Of a stretch of 64,000 nt of DNA, positions 11,903 to 21,732 are shown one piece after another. The DNA comes from Verrucomicrobiota bacterium (GTDB lineage Bacteria; Verrucomicrobiota; Verrucomicrobiia; Limisphaerales; CANJXF01). The stretch spans positions 14,403-78,402 of the forward strand of contig JBBQRQ010000010.1 of NCBI GenBank assembly GCA_038214755.1, in the 5' to 3' direction. Position numbers and translations under genes: made by a program. The stretch's first letter is position 1. Each line of letters starts with the position of its first letter. Under the pieces are notes generated by a model. It saw nothing but the letters and a program-made list of their open reading frames with translations. It had not been told where the DNA came from and did not search any database.

Positions 11903-12691
11903 TTATTTTGAAACAGTGGTGTGTTCGCGTAGCCAAGCCAGGTCGAGATTGGTCATTGAATTAACGCCATGGGGCAAAATTGCGTCCGTCACGGGAGGCC
12001 GGGTGCGCGCGTCTTTCCAGCGATGGCTTGCGGCGTGGCCATCGGCAAAGATCAAAACACCGGAGGAATTATGGAGGCTCGACGGATAATGAAAGAAAGT
12101 ATCTTGGTTCATGTAACTAATGAATGCCGGGAAACAAAGGCTTTGCGGATGCACGTCCTGGAAAACATAAATTTCAACGGGCTTTGAAATCTCGCTCGAT
12201 TTTTTGAACTGGCGGTAATTAGACGACAGATAAGTGGTGATGGAAGGCGTTGGCGCCAGGTAACAATTCATCGCGTAGCTGCGAATTTTCGGTTTGTCCG
12301 TCCCGACAACTTTACTTTGATCCATCGGGCATTTGTAAATGGCGGCGGATTTCGTATACACAGCCAGAGAGGCATTTTCCGGATCGATCAAATAAGCGGG
12401 GTCCGTCATGGCCGGCAGGAAAAAATGGGTGGCGCCCAGCACCCAAAGTTTGTTCAGAGGGTCGGGTGCGGCAGCTGCGCCGTTCAACGCGAGGAAGCTA
12501 CGATTGTCATCGGCGTAAATGGACCACGCCAGCATCAATTGCCGCTCGTTACTCGTGCATTGAATGCGTTTGGCCTGGGCTTTTCCTTTGCCCAAAGCCG
12601 GCAACAACAATGCGGCAAGAATGGCGATGATCGCAATAACCACCAGCAGTTCGACCAGCGTAAACGCACGGCAAGAAACCCGGGTTATCAC
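11903..12691 (-). CDS. Prepilin-type N-terminal cleavage/methylation domain protein (DUF1559-like)
   Basis: [26 protein letters not shown]-terminus and C-terminal [13 protein letters not shown]. Confidence 0.9.
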   Translation of the reverse strand: MITRVSCRAFTLVELLVVIAIIAILAALLLPALGKGKAQAKRIQCTSNERQLMLAWSIYADDNRSFLALNGAAAAPDPLNKLWVLGATHFFLPAMTDPAYLIDPENASLAVYTKSAAIYKCPMDQSKVVGTDKPKIRSYAMNCYLAPTPSITTYLSSNYRQFKKSSEISKPVEIYVFQDVHPQSLCFPAFISYMNQDTFFHYPSSLHNSSGVLIFADGHAASHRWKDARTRPPVTDAILPHGVNSMTNLDLAWLREHTTVSK

Positions 12692-12766
12692 AAAGAAAAC
12701 TTTCTCACCGCCTTCGGATTTCGAGGCGGAATGCGCTTCCAGCGATTGAACTGAGTCAAATTCAAT

Positions 12767-13582
12767 TTATTTTTCTGCGCTGGCGTGCTCGCGCAGCCAG
12801 CGGATGTCCGCGTTTCCAGGCGAAGGATCTTTGTGGGTATGATACCTCGGCGAAAATCCTTTGAGCGTGAACGGGTCCATCCACCGATGTTGACTGACAT
12901 GGCCGTCGCCAAAGGCAATCACCCCGCTCTTCGAATGATAAACCGCTGGGAAATTGAAAAATTGCTCCGGCACTTTGTTCATATAAACGCCGAAGTAAGG
13001 CCAGCAAATACTGTCTGGATTTACATCTTGAAAAACGAAAAGATCGGATGCGCCCGGTTTGATCATCTGGGTCGTTTTGCGATAAAAAAGGTAATTGCTC
13101 GAAAGCCGCGTATCCCACGGACCAAACCAGCCGACGTAGGCATTCATCGAATAACTTCGGAGCTTGGGATAAGCCTTCGTCCCGATCTTAATTTCCCGTT
13201 TATCCGCCGGGCAGCGATAACTTGTGATCGTCTTGAGGTAAGGCGCAAATTGCGCGTAACGCGGATCAAGAAGCAGATTCACGTTCGTATCATCCGTTGA
13301 ATAATAAAACACGCCCTGGATCCAAAATTTCTTATTCGGGTTTCCGCCGACTTCCGGCATACCGTTGTTTGCGACCGCGTCGTTATTGTCGCCGGCGTAC
13401 ATCAACCACGATTGGATCAATTGTTTTTCATTGGCGAGGCAAACAGCGGTGTAGCCCCGCAGTTTTGCCTTCGCCAGCGCGGGCAGCAGCAACCCGGCGA
13501 GGACAGCAATGATGGCGATGACAACCAGTAGTTCGATCAACGTAAAAGCGGTCGGAAATTTTTTTTGAAGAAATGTTTTCAT
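12767..13582 (-). CDS. Prepilin-type N-terminal cleavage/methylation domain protein (DUF1559-like)
   Basis: [25 protein letters not shown] and HSKSGVIAFGDGH. Tandem paralog of the preceding gene. Confidence 0.9.
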   Translation of the reverse strand: MKTFLQKKFPTAFTLIELLVVIAIIAVLAGLLLPALAKAKLRGYTAVCLANEKQLIQSWLMYAGDNNDAVANNGMPEVGGNPNKKFWIQGVFYYSTDDTNVNLLLDPRYAQFAPYLKTITSYRCPADKREIKIGTKAYPKLRSYSMNAYVGWFGPWDTRLSSNYLFYRKTTQMIKPGASDLFVFQDVNPDSICWPYFGVYMNKVPEQFFNFPAVYHSKSGVIAFGDGHVSQHRWMDPFTLKGFSPRYHTHKDPSPGNADIRWLREHASAEK

Positions 13583-13659
13583 TCGACCGGCACCCAGTTT
13601 TTCGATGCTCCGCTTTTATGTGGCGTTGTCAATCGCAACCACGTGCCTCCGACCGCAAT

Positions 13660-13824
13660 GGGCGCATCTTGAGGGCGTGTTGCCCAAATGAAAAGGAGCG
13701 CGGACGTTCTCGTCCGCGTGTTTGAAAACGGACAAAACCCTTGTGCTTTCGTCCCTCACGATTCACGCGGACGAAGAACGTCCGCGCTCCTACTGTTTGG
13801 GCAACACGTCCTCAAGATGCGCCC
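13660..13824. mobile_element. MITE-like element (29-bp TIR) enclosing a REP-C doublet
   Basis: GGGCGCATCTTGAGGGCGTGTTGCCCAAA / TTTGGGCAACACGTCCTCAAGATGCGCCC (1 mismatch). Flanks GACCGCAAT and GACCGAAAC match at 7/9. Inner GGAGCGCGGACGTTCTCGTCCGC pair. Confidence 0.8.
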
Positions 13825-13931
13825 GACCGAAACGCAGCCCGGCTGGAATTCAAATCGCCTTCTCACTCGAAATCCCGTTTTGCCTTGTCGCGCTACGATG
13901 CTGTCCGCATCTTCTGCGCGTGTCCGACCGC

Positions 13932-14939
13932 ATGATTTCAGAAGTCTTGACCAAGCCCGACGCCGCTTTGGAGATGACACTGCGCCCATCGATTTTTTCC
14001 GATTTCACCGGCCAGGTAAAAGTCAAAGAGCGTTTGGAAATCGCCGTGCAAGCGGCCAAACAACGCGGTGAAGCGATTGATCATATTCTTTTGAGCGGCC
14101 CGCCCGGTTTGGGAAAAACAACTCTGGCGCACATCATTGCCAAAGCGATGGAGACAAATTTGAAATGCACTTCCGGCCCGACGATTGAAAAGGCGGGCGA
14201 CCTCGCGGGCTTGCTCACGAATCTCGAAGAAGGCGACGTGCTATTCATCGACGAAATCCATCGCCTGCAAAAAACCATCGAGGAATATTTGTATCCCGCG
14301 ATGGAGGATTTCAAACTCGACATCATCATCGACCAGGGGCCGAACGCGCGCAGTGTTCGATTGAATTTGCCGCGCTTCACTTTGATTGGCGCGACGACGC
14401 GGAGCGGTTTGTTGACGGCGCCATTGCTCACGCGTTTTCCGATTCGGGAGCGAGTGGATTATTATCACGCCGAGCAATTGGAAAAAATTGTCACGCGTTC
14501 CGCGAATTTGTTGAGCATTGAAATTGAGGAACAAGGTTCGAAAGAAATCGCGCGACGCAGTCGAGGCACGCCACGGATCGCCAATAATTTGTTGCGCCGT
14601 GTTCGCGACTACGCTCAAGTCCGGGGGGATGGCCGAATCACCGCGGCAATTGCCGATCAGGCGCTGGCGATGTTGGAAATCGATCAAAATGGTCTCGACG
14701 AAATGGACAAAAGAATTTTGGAAGCGATCATCGTGAAATTTGGCGGCGGGCCGGTCGGGCTGGGCTCGCTCGCCGTCGCGGTCGGCGAGGAGCCGGACAC
14801 TTTGGAAGAAGTCTATGAACCGTATTTGATCATGGAAGGCTACTTGAATCGCACGTCGCAAGGCCGCGTCGCCACGGAACTCAGTTACAAAAAACTTGGG
14901 CTGAAACCGCTGGCGGGAAATCAGACGAAGCTGTTTTAA
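13932..14939 (+). CDS. ruvB: Holliday junction branch migration helicase RuvB
   Basis: [43 protein letters not shown]. Likely start MISEV at 13932. Confidence 0.97.
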   Translation: MISEVLTKPDAALEMTLRPSIFSDFTGQVKVKERLEIAVQAAKQRGEAIDHILLSGPPGLGKTTLAHIIAKAMETNLKCTSGPTIEKAGDLAGLLTNLEEGDVLFIDEIHRLQKTIEEYLYPAMEDFKLDIIIDQGPNARSVRLNLPRFTLIGATTRSGLLTAPLLTRFPIRERVDYYHAEQLEKIVTRSANLLSIEIEEQGSKEIARRSRGTPRIANNLLRRVRDYAQVRGDGRITAAIADQALAMLEIDQNGLDEMDKRILEAIIVKFGGGPVGLGSLAVAVGEEPDTLEEVYEPYLIMEGYLNRTSQGRVATELSYKKLGLKPLAGNQTKLF

Positions 14940-15001
14940 ACGAGCAGGAGGAGAAGAAATTATTTCCGCCTACTGCGGAACGCCAACGAAAGATGCTTGA
15001 A

Positions 15002-15192
15002 CCCAAAATCCGAAATCCGCGAGCCGAAAGAAATCCGAAGCCCGAAGGCCGAAAGTGGTGCGGAATTGTGCTGGTGACAAAGCAGTTTTCTGGACGGTGG
15101 CCGGAAATCGTTTTCGGAATTGGGATTTCGAACTTCTTTCGGATTTCGGGGATTCGGATTTCGGATTTCGGATTTCGGATTTCGGATTTCGG
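15002..15192. repeat. Inverted arrays of the heptamer AAATCCG/CGGATTT
   Basis: AAATCCGAAATCCG... on the left and (TTCGGAT)n on the right. Same family as 61024-61080. Confidence 0.85.
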
Positions 15193-15227
15193 CTTGAATG
15201 TTCCAACACCAAAAACTCAAAACTTTC

Positions 15228-16103
15228 TTAACTCATCGCCATTGCCGCACTGGTAATTTCGAGAAGCTCTTTGGTGATGTTGGCCTGACGCAGCTTGTTG
15301 TATTCGAGCGTGAGGTCTTTGATGAGTTGCTGGGCGTTATCAGTCGCGTTTTTCATCGCCACCATGCGCGCGCTGTGTTCACTCGCCTTCGCTTCCAACA
15401 AAATTTGATAAACCTGGAAATTTAAATAGTGCGGCAATAATGCGCCCAGCACGGTCGCGGCGTTTGGCTCAAACAAATATTCTGTCGCGCTCAAAGTATC
15501 TTTTTCCACTTCCGTCGAATGGACGCCCGCCGTGACTCCTTTGATTTCTCCGACGGGCATGAGTTGGCGCACTTCCGGTTTTTGATTAAGCGTAGAAATA
15601 AAATTCGTGAAAAGAATATCCACGTGATCGACGTCGCCTTTGCTGAAAAGTTCGCGCGCAAATTTTGAAATGGCGCGGGCTTCGGCAAATAGCGGCGCAT
15701 CTTTGTAGGTAAATTCCGCGGCGAGCTGGCGTTTGGTTCGGGCGACGAACTGCGATGATTTTCTTCCCGCAGTGATATAGACGGTCGTATTTTTGTCGAA
15801 TTTTGCCGCTTCGCGAAGGAGATTGCTGTTGAGCGCGCCAGCCAATCCTTTGTCGCTGCTGATCACGATCACCGCGCGTTTTTTTACTTTGCGCACTTCG
15901 GTCAACGGATGAGTGAAGTCGCCCGCGCTCGCCACGACTTCCGCCAACACCGCGTTCATCAAGCTGGCGTAAGGACGACCAGCGATGGCGGCGAGTTGCG
16001 CTTTGCGCATTTTCGAGGCGGCGACCATCTGCATCGCCTTGGTAATTTGCGCCGTGTTTTTGACCGACTTGATGCGCCGGCGAATGTCGCGTGTGCTGGG
16101 CAT
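15228..16103 (-). CDS. atpG: ATP synthase F1 gamma subunit
   Basis: IRRRIKSVKNTAQITKAMQMVAASK and ASEHSARMVAMKNATDNA...NKLRQANITKELLEI. Confidence 0.97.
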   Translation of the reverse strand: MPSTRDIRRRIKSVKNTAQITKAMQMVAASKMRKAQLAAIAGRPYASLMNAVLAEVVASAGDFTHPLTEVRKVKKRAVIVISSDKGLAGALNSNLLREAAKFDKNTTVYITAGRKSSQFVARTKRQLAAEFTYKDAPLFAEARAISKFARELFSKGDVDHVDILFTNFISTLNQKPEVRQLMPVGEIKGVTAGVHSTEVEKDTLSATEYLFEPNAATVLGALLPHYLNFQVYQILLEAKASEHSARMVAMKNATDNAQQLIKDLTLEYNKLRQANITKELLEITSAAMAMS

Positions 16104-16105
16104 GA

Positions 16106-16660
16106 TTAAATTCTTTTCTTAATTCGATAGGGAGGCGCTTCCTCGCGCATGTGAAAACCAATTTCGGGCTTAGGCGTCGCGGGCGGGGCGAGCAATTGGC
16201 GGATCGCTGCGAATAAATTTCCAAGCGCCTGGTCGTGTCCGTCGAGACGCTGTTCCAGTTCGGCAAATTTTTGGGCGAGTTCTTTATTGGTCGCCAACAT
16301 TTCGCGCAAGTTGACGAACGCTCGAACGACTCGAACGCTGGCTTCGATTGCGACGGAACTGTTGAGAACACTCGCCAACATAATGACTCCATGCTCGGTG
16401 AAAACCCACGGCAACTTCCGATGCCCTCCATGCGAACTTGAGGTCGCAATTTGCGACCTCAAGTTTGCAAACTCCTGGCGGGTAAGTTGAAACGCAAAGT
16501 CTTCTGGGAACCGTCGCAGATTCCTTTTCAATGCCTGGTTAAGGACAGTCGTCGCAACACCGTAAATTTTGGCCAACTCAGTATCCAACATCACCTTTTG
16601 TCCGCGAACCAAAAGAATCAGTTCTTCGAATCTTTCCACTCGTTGGATTTTGTTAGCCAT
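16106..16660 (-). CDS. ORF6N-domain DNA-binding protein
   Basis: RGQKVMLDTELAKIYGV..LNQALKRNLRRFPEDFAFQLT..E..NLRSQIATSS..P.VFTEHGVIMLASVLNS. Confidence 0.9.
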   Translation of the reverse strand: MANKIQRVERFEELILLVRGQKVMLDTELAKIYGVATTVLNQALKRNLRRFPEDFAFQLTRQEFANLRSQIATSSSHGGHRKLPWVFTEHGVIMLASVLNSSVAIEASVRVVRAFVNLREMLATNKELAQKFAELEQRLDGHDQALGNLFAAIRQLLAPPATPKPEIGFHMREEAPPYRIKKRI

Positions 16661-16687
16661 AACCTCCGGGATTGTAGGCGGTTAGAG

Positions 16688-16716
16688 ACTTGATATCACA
16701 ATTTGTGATATCAAGT
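16688..16716. promoter_or_regulatory. Perfect palindrome upstream of ORF6N gene (possible operator)
   Basis: ACTTGATATCACA-ATT-TGTGATATCAAGT, with the same architecture as the intragenic palindrome at 16435-16465. Confidence 0.5.
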
Positions 16717-16731
16717 TTCCTTCATTTTAGA

Positions 16732-18264
16732 TTACTTATACGTCTGTTTAAACTCCGTCACCGCTGCTTTCAAATCGGCAATGAGCGCGTCGCTTAGCGC
16801 TTTTTCTTTTGAAATTTTTCCCATCAACTCGGATTTACGGTTCGACAAATAATCGGTCAGCTTGCCTTGAAAATCTTTGATCTTGTCCACCGCGACATCA
16901 TCCATCAAACCGTTTTGCACAGTCCAGAGAACTGCCGACTGCACTTCGACGGGCATCGGGTTGTATTGCGGCTGTTTGAAAACTTCGACGATGCGTTTGC
17001 CGCGTTCGAGTTGCGCTTGCGTTTTCGCATCGAGGTCAGAACCGAATTGCGCGAAGGCGGCGAGTTCACGGAATTGCGCGAGATCGCCTTTGATACGTCC
17101 AGCGACTTGTTTCATCGCTTTGATTTGCGCAGCGGAACCGACGCGCGACACGGACAAACCGACAGAAACCGCGGGACGAATGCCTTGATAAAATAAATCG
17201 GTTTCCAAATAAATTTGTCCGTCGGTGATGGAAATAACATTCGTCGGAATGTAAGCCGAGACGTCGCCGGCTTGCGTTTCGATGATGGGCAAAGCGGTCA
17301 AAGAACCGTTGCCATATTTTTCACTGACGCGCGCGGAACGTTCGAGCAAACGGCTGTGCAAATAGAACACATCACCGGGATACGCTTCGCGACCCGACGG
17401 ACGTTTCAAGACGAGAGAGACTTGCCGAAATGCGACGGCGTGCTTCGACAAATCGTCAAAAATAATCAGCGCGTCCATTCCATTGTCCATGAACCATTCG
17501 CCCATCGCCGCTCCAGCGAAGGGCACGAGATACTGGTTCGTCGCCGAATCCGAAGAAGCCGCCACGACGACAATCGTGTAAGGCATCGCGCCCGCTTCTT
17601 CGAGCACGTTGATGACGCGCGCGACGTTCGATTGCTTCTGACCGATCGCGACGTAAATGCTATACATCGGGCGAAAATCTTTCTCGCCACTGGCTTCAGC
17701 GGTTTTGTTCAAACGCGCTTGAGAAATAATTGTGTCCACGCCAATCGTCGTTTTACCAGTGGAACGGTCGCCGATAATTAATTCCCGTTGACCGCGCCCA
17801 ATCGGGATCATCGCGTCGATGGCCATGATGCCGGTCTGCACCGGTTGGCTGACTGATCGGCGCTTGATAATGCCGGGCGCGATTTTTTCGACGGGATAAG
17901 CAACCTCGCTTTTAACCGGCCCCTTGCCGTCGAGCGGTTGGCCAAGGGAATTTACGACGCGACCAAGCAAACCTTTGCCGACGGGAACTTGAAGCAACTT
18001 GCCCGTGGTTTTGACTTCCTGGCCTTCTTTGATGCCGGTGTAATCGCCGAGAATAATCGCGCCGACCTCGGTTTCTTCGAGGTTCAACGCCAGACCGACG
18101 ACGCCATTGCCGAAGTCCAACATCTCGTTCAACATCGCGTCCGTCAGGCCTTCGATCTTCGCCACGCCGTCGCCAATTTCGCGAACGATGCCGACGTTTT
18201 GTTTGGCCACGGCCGTTTTTGCTCCCGAAATTTTCGATTCGATTTCTTCTAGTAATGTGCTCAT
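16732..18264 (-). CDS. atpA: ATP synthase F1 alpha subunit
   Basis: [45 protein letters not shown]. Confidence 0.98.
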   Translation of the reverse strand: MSTLLEEIESKISGAKTAVAKQNVGIVREIGDGVAKIEGLTDAMLNEMLDFGNGVVGLALNLEETEVGAIILGDYTGIKEGQEVKTTGKLLQVPVGKGLLGRVVNSLGQPLDGKGPVKSEVAYPVEKIAPGIIKRRSVSQPVQTGIMAIDAMIPIGRGQRELIIGDRSTGKTTIGVDTIISQARLNKTAEASGEKDFRPMYSIYVAIGQKQSNVARVINVLEEAGAMPYTIVVVAASSDSATNQYLVPFAGAAMGEWFMDNGMDALIIFDDLSKHAVAFRQVSLVLKRPSGREAYPGDVFYLHSRLLERSARVSEKYGNGSLTALPIIETQAGDVSAYIPTNVISITDGQIYLETDLFYQGIRPAVSVGLSVSRVGSAAQIKAMKQVAGRIKGDLAQFRELAAFAQFGSDLDAKTQAQLERGKRIVEVFKQPQYNPMPVEVQSAVLWTVQNGLMDDVAVDKIKDFQGKLTDYLSNRKSELMGKISKEKALSDALIADLKAAVTEFKQTYK

Positions 18265-18283
18265 AAATTTTCTCTGACTTCAG

Positions 18284-18685
18284 TTACGCGGACTTAAAAC
18301 TTTCATTCAACTCATCCAAGCGCGCACGCACGCTCCCATCGTAAACATCGCTGCCCACTTGCACCCTCGTCCCGCCGATGAGTGAGGGATTTTCGGCGAA
18401 GGACAATTGCAATCCTTTTCCGTAGCGCGATTCCAATGTCATTTTTATTTTGGTTTGCATCTCTGGAGTGAGAGTCGTTGCGCTTTCAACTTTTGCGGTG
18501 CGCCGGGCTTCGTCCAACTTCAACAACCGCTGAAAATGGGAAAGAATGGCGGCATAACCTCGCGGCTTTTTGGACAAGACTTCATCCACCACTTTCCGGG
18601 CGCGATTTTCATCGAGCACCCCATCGCGTTGCGCGGCGCGAAATAAATCTTTCGCGTAGCGCCGGGCTTGTTTGGAAATTCTCAT
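18284..18685 (-). CDS. atpH: ATP synthase F1 delta subunit (short form)
   Basis: MRISKQARRYAKDLF...ENPSLIGGTRVQVGSDVYDGSVRARL. The upstream extension in the ORF track is repeat-derived. Confidence 0.92.
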   Translation of the reverse strand: MRISKQARRYAKDLFRAAQRDGVLDENRARKVVDEVLSKKPRGYAAILSHFQRLLKLDEARRTAKVESATTLTPEMQTKIKMTLESRYGKGLQLSFAENPSLIGGTRVQVGSDVYDGSVRARLDELNESFKSA

Positions 18686-18693
18686 TTTAAATT

Positions 18694-18804
18694 GTAGCGG
18701 CGCGTCTGTGACCGCCGCTGAATAAATTGTAGCGGTGTCTGTGACCGCCGCTGAAATAAATCCCAAAAGAAAAAAATTAGCGGCGGTCACAGACGCGCCG
18801 CTAC
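18694..18804. repeat. REP-D cluster (GTAGCGGCGCGTCTGTGACCGCCGC: two direct copies, one inverted)
   Basis: Copies at 18694 and 18729, and an inverted copy ending CTAC at 18804, between atpF and atpH. Confidence 0.85.
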
Positions 18805-18808
18805 AAGA

Positions 18809-19351
18809 TCACGCCGCCAATTGTTTGTTCGTTTCTTCCGAGAGACGTTTCTGATCGTCCACGCTCAAAATTTTTCCAGTGACTTTGCTGGTGGTGTCCA
18901 CGACCAATCGGCCTACTTCGCGTTTCAAGTCGGCCAACATCCGCGCATGTTCCGCCTCCGCCGCCTGTCTCGCTTTGTTGACGATGTCCGTGGCGGTCGC
19001 GATGGCTTTTTGCGTTTCAACTTCCTGAACACGCGCGGCCGCCGCGCGAGCTTCCTCGATCAATTTGTTGGCTTGCGCGTTGGCTTGACTCAAAACTTCC
19101 TGACGCGCCGCTTCGGTGCGCGTGAGTTCCGCTTTAATTTTTTCCGCGTTGGCCAGACCGGACGCAATTTCCACGCGCCGCGCTTCCAAAACATTTAAGA
19201 CCTTTTTGTAGGCAAATTTGTAAAGCAACGCCGCGACGATGAGGAAGCTGATCACTTGCGCGATGAAATGATGAACGTTGAAACCAAACGTCCGCGAAAT
19301 TTCCTGAATCGGATTCTCCGTTGCCGCTGCGAATAAAATTAAATCGTGCAT
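18809..19351 (-). CDS. atpF: ATP synthase F0 subunit b
   Basis: N-terminal TM (AQVISFLIVAALLYKFAY) followed by a charged coiled coil. Operon position. Confidence 0.93.
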   Translation of the reverse strand: MHDLILFAAATENPIQEISRTFGFNVHHFIAQVISFLIVAALLYKFAYKKVLNVLEARRVEIASGLANAEKIKAELTRTEAARQEVLSQANAQANKLIEEARAAAARVQEVETQKAIATATDIVNKARQAAEAEHARMLADLKREVGRLVVDTTSKVTGKILSVDDQKRLSEETNKQLAA

Positions 19352-19359
19352 AAATTAAA

Positions 19360-19423
19360 AAGTTGAGAGTGGAGAGCGTGGGAGTTGAGAGTCTCTCAAC
19401 TCTCAACCCCTCAACTCTCAACT
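19360..19423. repeat. Inverted heptamer array (GTTGAGA/TCTCAAC)
   Basis: AGTTGAGAGTGGAGAG...CTCTCAACTCTCAACCCCTCAACTCTCAACT between atpE and atpF. Confidence 0.75.
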
Positions 19424-19428
19424 ATTTC

Positions 19429-19647
19429 TCACTGCCCTTTCGCGAGGTAAATCGCGAAGAAGACGATGCCTTCCGCGAAGGCCGTGCTCAGAATGGCTTG
19501 CACCAGAATCGGCGTCGCCGCGCCGGGGTTGCGTCCCACCGCTTCCGACGCTTTCATACCGATGAAACCCACGCCGATGGCCGCGCCGAGCGCCGCCAAA
19601 CCGATGTGAATGTTTCCAGTCATTTCCGCCAACATTGGAGTTAACAT
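19429..19647 (-). CDS. atpE: ATP synthase F0 subunit c
   Basis: GLAALGAAIGVG..GRNPG..AFAEG hairpin. Confidence 0.95.
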   Translation of the reverse strand: MLTPMLAEMTGNIHIGLAALGAAIGVGFIGMKASEAVGRNPGAATPILVQAILSTAFAEGIVFFAIYLAKGQ

Positions 19648-19718
19648 ATTTTTCCTTTCGTTTTTTCCCGACGGCTTCCGCGATTGAACACGGTCAAGCC
19701 GCCGAAATTTTTTAAATT

Positions 19719-20654
19719 TTAATGACGCGCTTCGCTGTGACTTTCATCGTGCTGCGTGATGAGCAACGTGAACACCGCCGTCAACAACATGAAGACCAGC
19801 GCCTGCACCAGACCGACCAGGATTTCCAAAAAGTAAAATGGAATGGGAATCAACCACGCCAGTTTGGGGACAAGGTTCGACATCGCTTCCAACATGCTTT
19901 CGCCGGCATAAACATTTCCGAACAGACGGAAGCTGAGCGAGACCGGGCGGAACAGAATTGAAACAACTTCAAGAATGCCCACGAGAAAAAATACGACGAC
20001 CATCAAAATTTTCAGCGCGCCGGTGGTATTTCCTTTCGCCCCGAAGATGTGCATGAAAACGCCGCCCACGCCGTTGGCTTGAAAGGCCCAAATAATCCAG
20101 CACGCGAAAAAAATAGTGGACATGGCGAAGGTCATGTTCAAATCCGCGTTCGCGCCGCGAAAAAATGGCTCTGTCAAATGAAAGTGACCCTCGGCATCTT
20201 TGACGCCCCAGCCAACCGTGCCCACGCCGGGAATCAAGCCGAACCAATTGCAGAACAGGATGAAAATAAAAATGGTCGCAAAAAACCAAAACGTTTTTTT
20301 CACGAGCGCGTGGCCGATGATGTTCTCCAAAAATTTGTAAAGGCTCTCGACGAGGAACTCCCAGAAATTTTGCGCGCCTTCGGGAATTCGTTTGATATCG
20401 CGAGTGGCGTATTGAGCGAAACCAATCAGCGCCAGTGCCACGATCCAGGTCACGAGCATTGAATTGGTGATGGGAAAATTTCCAATGTGGCCAATTTCGA
20501 CCGGCTTGAGCGGCAACCCGTGCTCGACTTCAGCCGTCGCGCTATGTTCGACCGCCGGAATATTTTCCGGGGAGGTTGGGACCCTTGGCGGTTCAACCGC
20601 GCAGGCCAAAGCGACGGCCATCAAAAAGAAAATTGCTGCAAAAATTGATCTCAT
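19719..20654 (-). CDS. atpB: ATP synthase F0 subunit a
   Basis: FRPVSLSFRLFGNVYAGE and LEILVGLVQALVFMLLT. Probable start MRSIF at 20654. Confidence 0.95.
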   Translation of the reverse strand: MRSIFAAIFFLMAVALACAVEPPRVPTSPENIPAVEHSATAEVEHGLPLKPVEIGHIGNFPITNSMLVTWIVALALIGFAQYATRDIKRIPEGAQNFWEFLVESLYKFLENIIGHALVKKTFWFFATIFIFILFCNWFGLIPGVGTVGWGVKDAEGHFHLTEPFFRGANADLNMTFAMSTIFFACWIIWAFQANGVGGVFMHIFGAKGNTTGALKILMVVVFFLVGILEVVSILFRPVSLSFRLFGNVYAGESMLEAMSNLVPKLAWLIPIPFYFLEILVGLVQALVFMLLTAVFTLLITQHDESHSEARH

Positions 20655-20765
20655 CACACTGGCAACTATTGGAAAACATCCCTTGGAATTCAGCCGCTTC
20701 GTCGGAAGCGCGGCGAAAATTGCATTAGCGTGAATTTTTTCACAAGGTTTTTTTCGGAGCAAGTG

Positions 20766-20847
20766 GTGGGGCAGCGCTTCCAGCCTGCCTTCAAAAAATT
20801 TGTAAGGTCATGGAAAAGAAAGAGGCAGGCTGGAGGCACTGCCCCAC
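20766..20847. repeat. REP-E doublet (GTGGGGCAG...)
   Basis: GTGGGGCAGCGCTTCCAGCCTGCCT ... AGGCAGGCTGGAGGCACTGCCCCAC. Confidence 0.8.
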
Positions 20848-21223
20848 TGTTCTTTCAATCGAACGAGATTTCATTCGGCCATCGACCCCATTCTGCGAAC
20901 TCGATTTGGTAAATCCCGTCAGCAATCTGCGCAAGGGAATTGGTAGTGGTACAGTTTGAACTTCCAATCGTGCGACTTGCCCGATGCAAAAAAAACTTCA
21001 CAGAATGTCTTGCTGGAATCGTTCACTTCGGTCCGAATCGATAACGTTCGGAAGCAACCCATGCAACGAAGATCCGGCCGTCGTCTGCTTCTGGCTAACG
21101 ATGGTTTCGCCATTGGCAAATCCCGCAAACGCACGGCAAACTGGGGCCACTCTCACAGATCGGTTCTTGGTTTTCTCGTCTGCTGTCAACACACCAGGCG
21201 GGCTGTGTGGTAGCTTCGACTTC

Positions 21224-21500
21224 ATGTTACCCAACGAAGACATTACGGAGACGCCGCCTGAAAAGGCGCACTGGTTTACCACTACGCATTGGAGTGTTGT
21301 GCTGGAAGCTCGCGGGAAAGAGTCGCCCGGTGCGGAGGCGGCTCTGGAACGACTGTGCAAAACCTACTGGTATCCGCTTTACGCTTTCGTGCGGCGGGAG
21401 GGATACGACGAAGAATCAGCGAAGGACTTCACGCAAGGATTCTTCGAGCAGCCCGGCTGAAATTGACGACGAGATGCGCTACTTGATTAGCGTTAGTTAG
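21224..21500 (+). pseudogene. ECF sigma factor with large internal deletion
   Basis: N-terminus FTTTHWSVVL...ALERLCKTYWYPLYAFVRR..DFTQGFF is joined out of frame to C-terminal AEIDDEMRYLISVS*. Confidence 0.8.
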
Positions 21501-21606
21501 CACTGGCGCACCGATTTGGCAAACAATTCTCGGCCCGATCAGTGCCACAAATGTGTATCTGCCAATCGGGGTTCCGGCTTCGTTCTTCCGTATCCGCAGC
21601 CATTGA
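21499..21606 (+). pseudogene. Possible orphan 3' end of a secreted protein gene
   Basis: Reads STGAPIWQTILGPISATNVYLPIGVPASFFRIRSH*, a W...FFR terminal motif like other exported proteins in the window. Confidence 0.4.
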
Positions 21607-21732
21607 GCACTGCGCGTAGGCTCGTTGTCGTTGCTTTCCATCGGATGTTCCTGCACCGCATTTTCGTCGAGGTTCGCTAACGAAACTCGAAAACCGTAAC
21701 TTCTTGCAAAAAAATTTCGTCCAACCCAACGT

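Noticed and set aside
13722..13931. N-terminal extensions of RuvB (and similarly AtpH, YbjQ, LarB, RAYT) in the ORF track
   Set aside because: They run through repeats upstream of the family-typical start.
14960..15256. Short ORFs with RNPKSE/ISDFG repeats
   Set aside because: Artefacts of the heptamer array.
20850..21200. Unexplained intergenic stretch upstream of atpB
   Set aside because: No frame gave a recognisable protein or repeat, so it is left unassigned.
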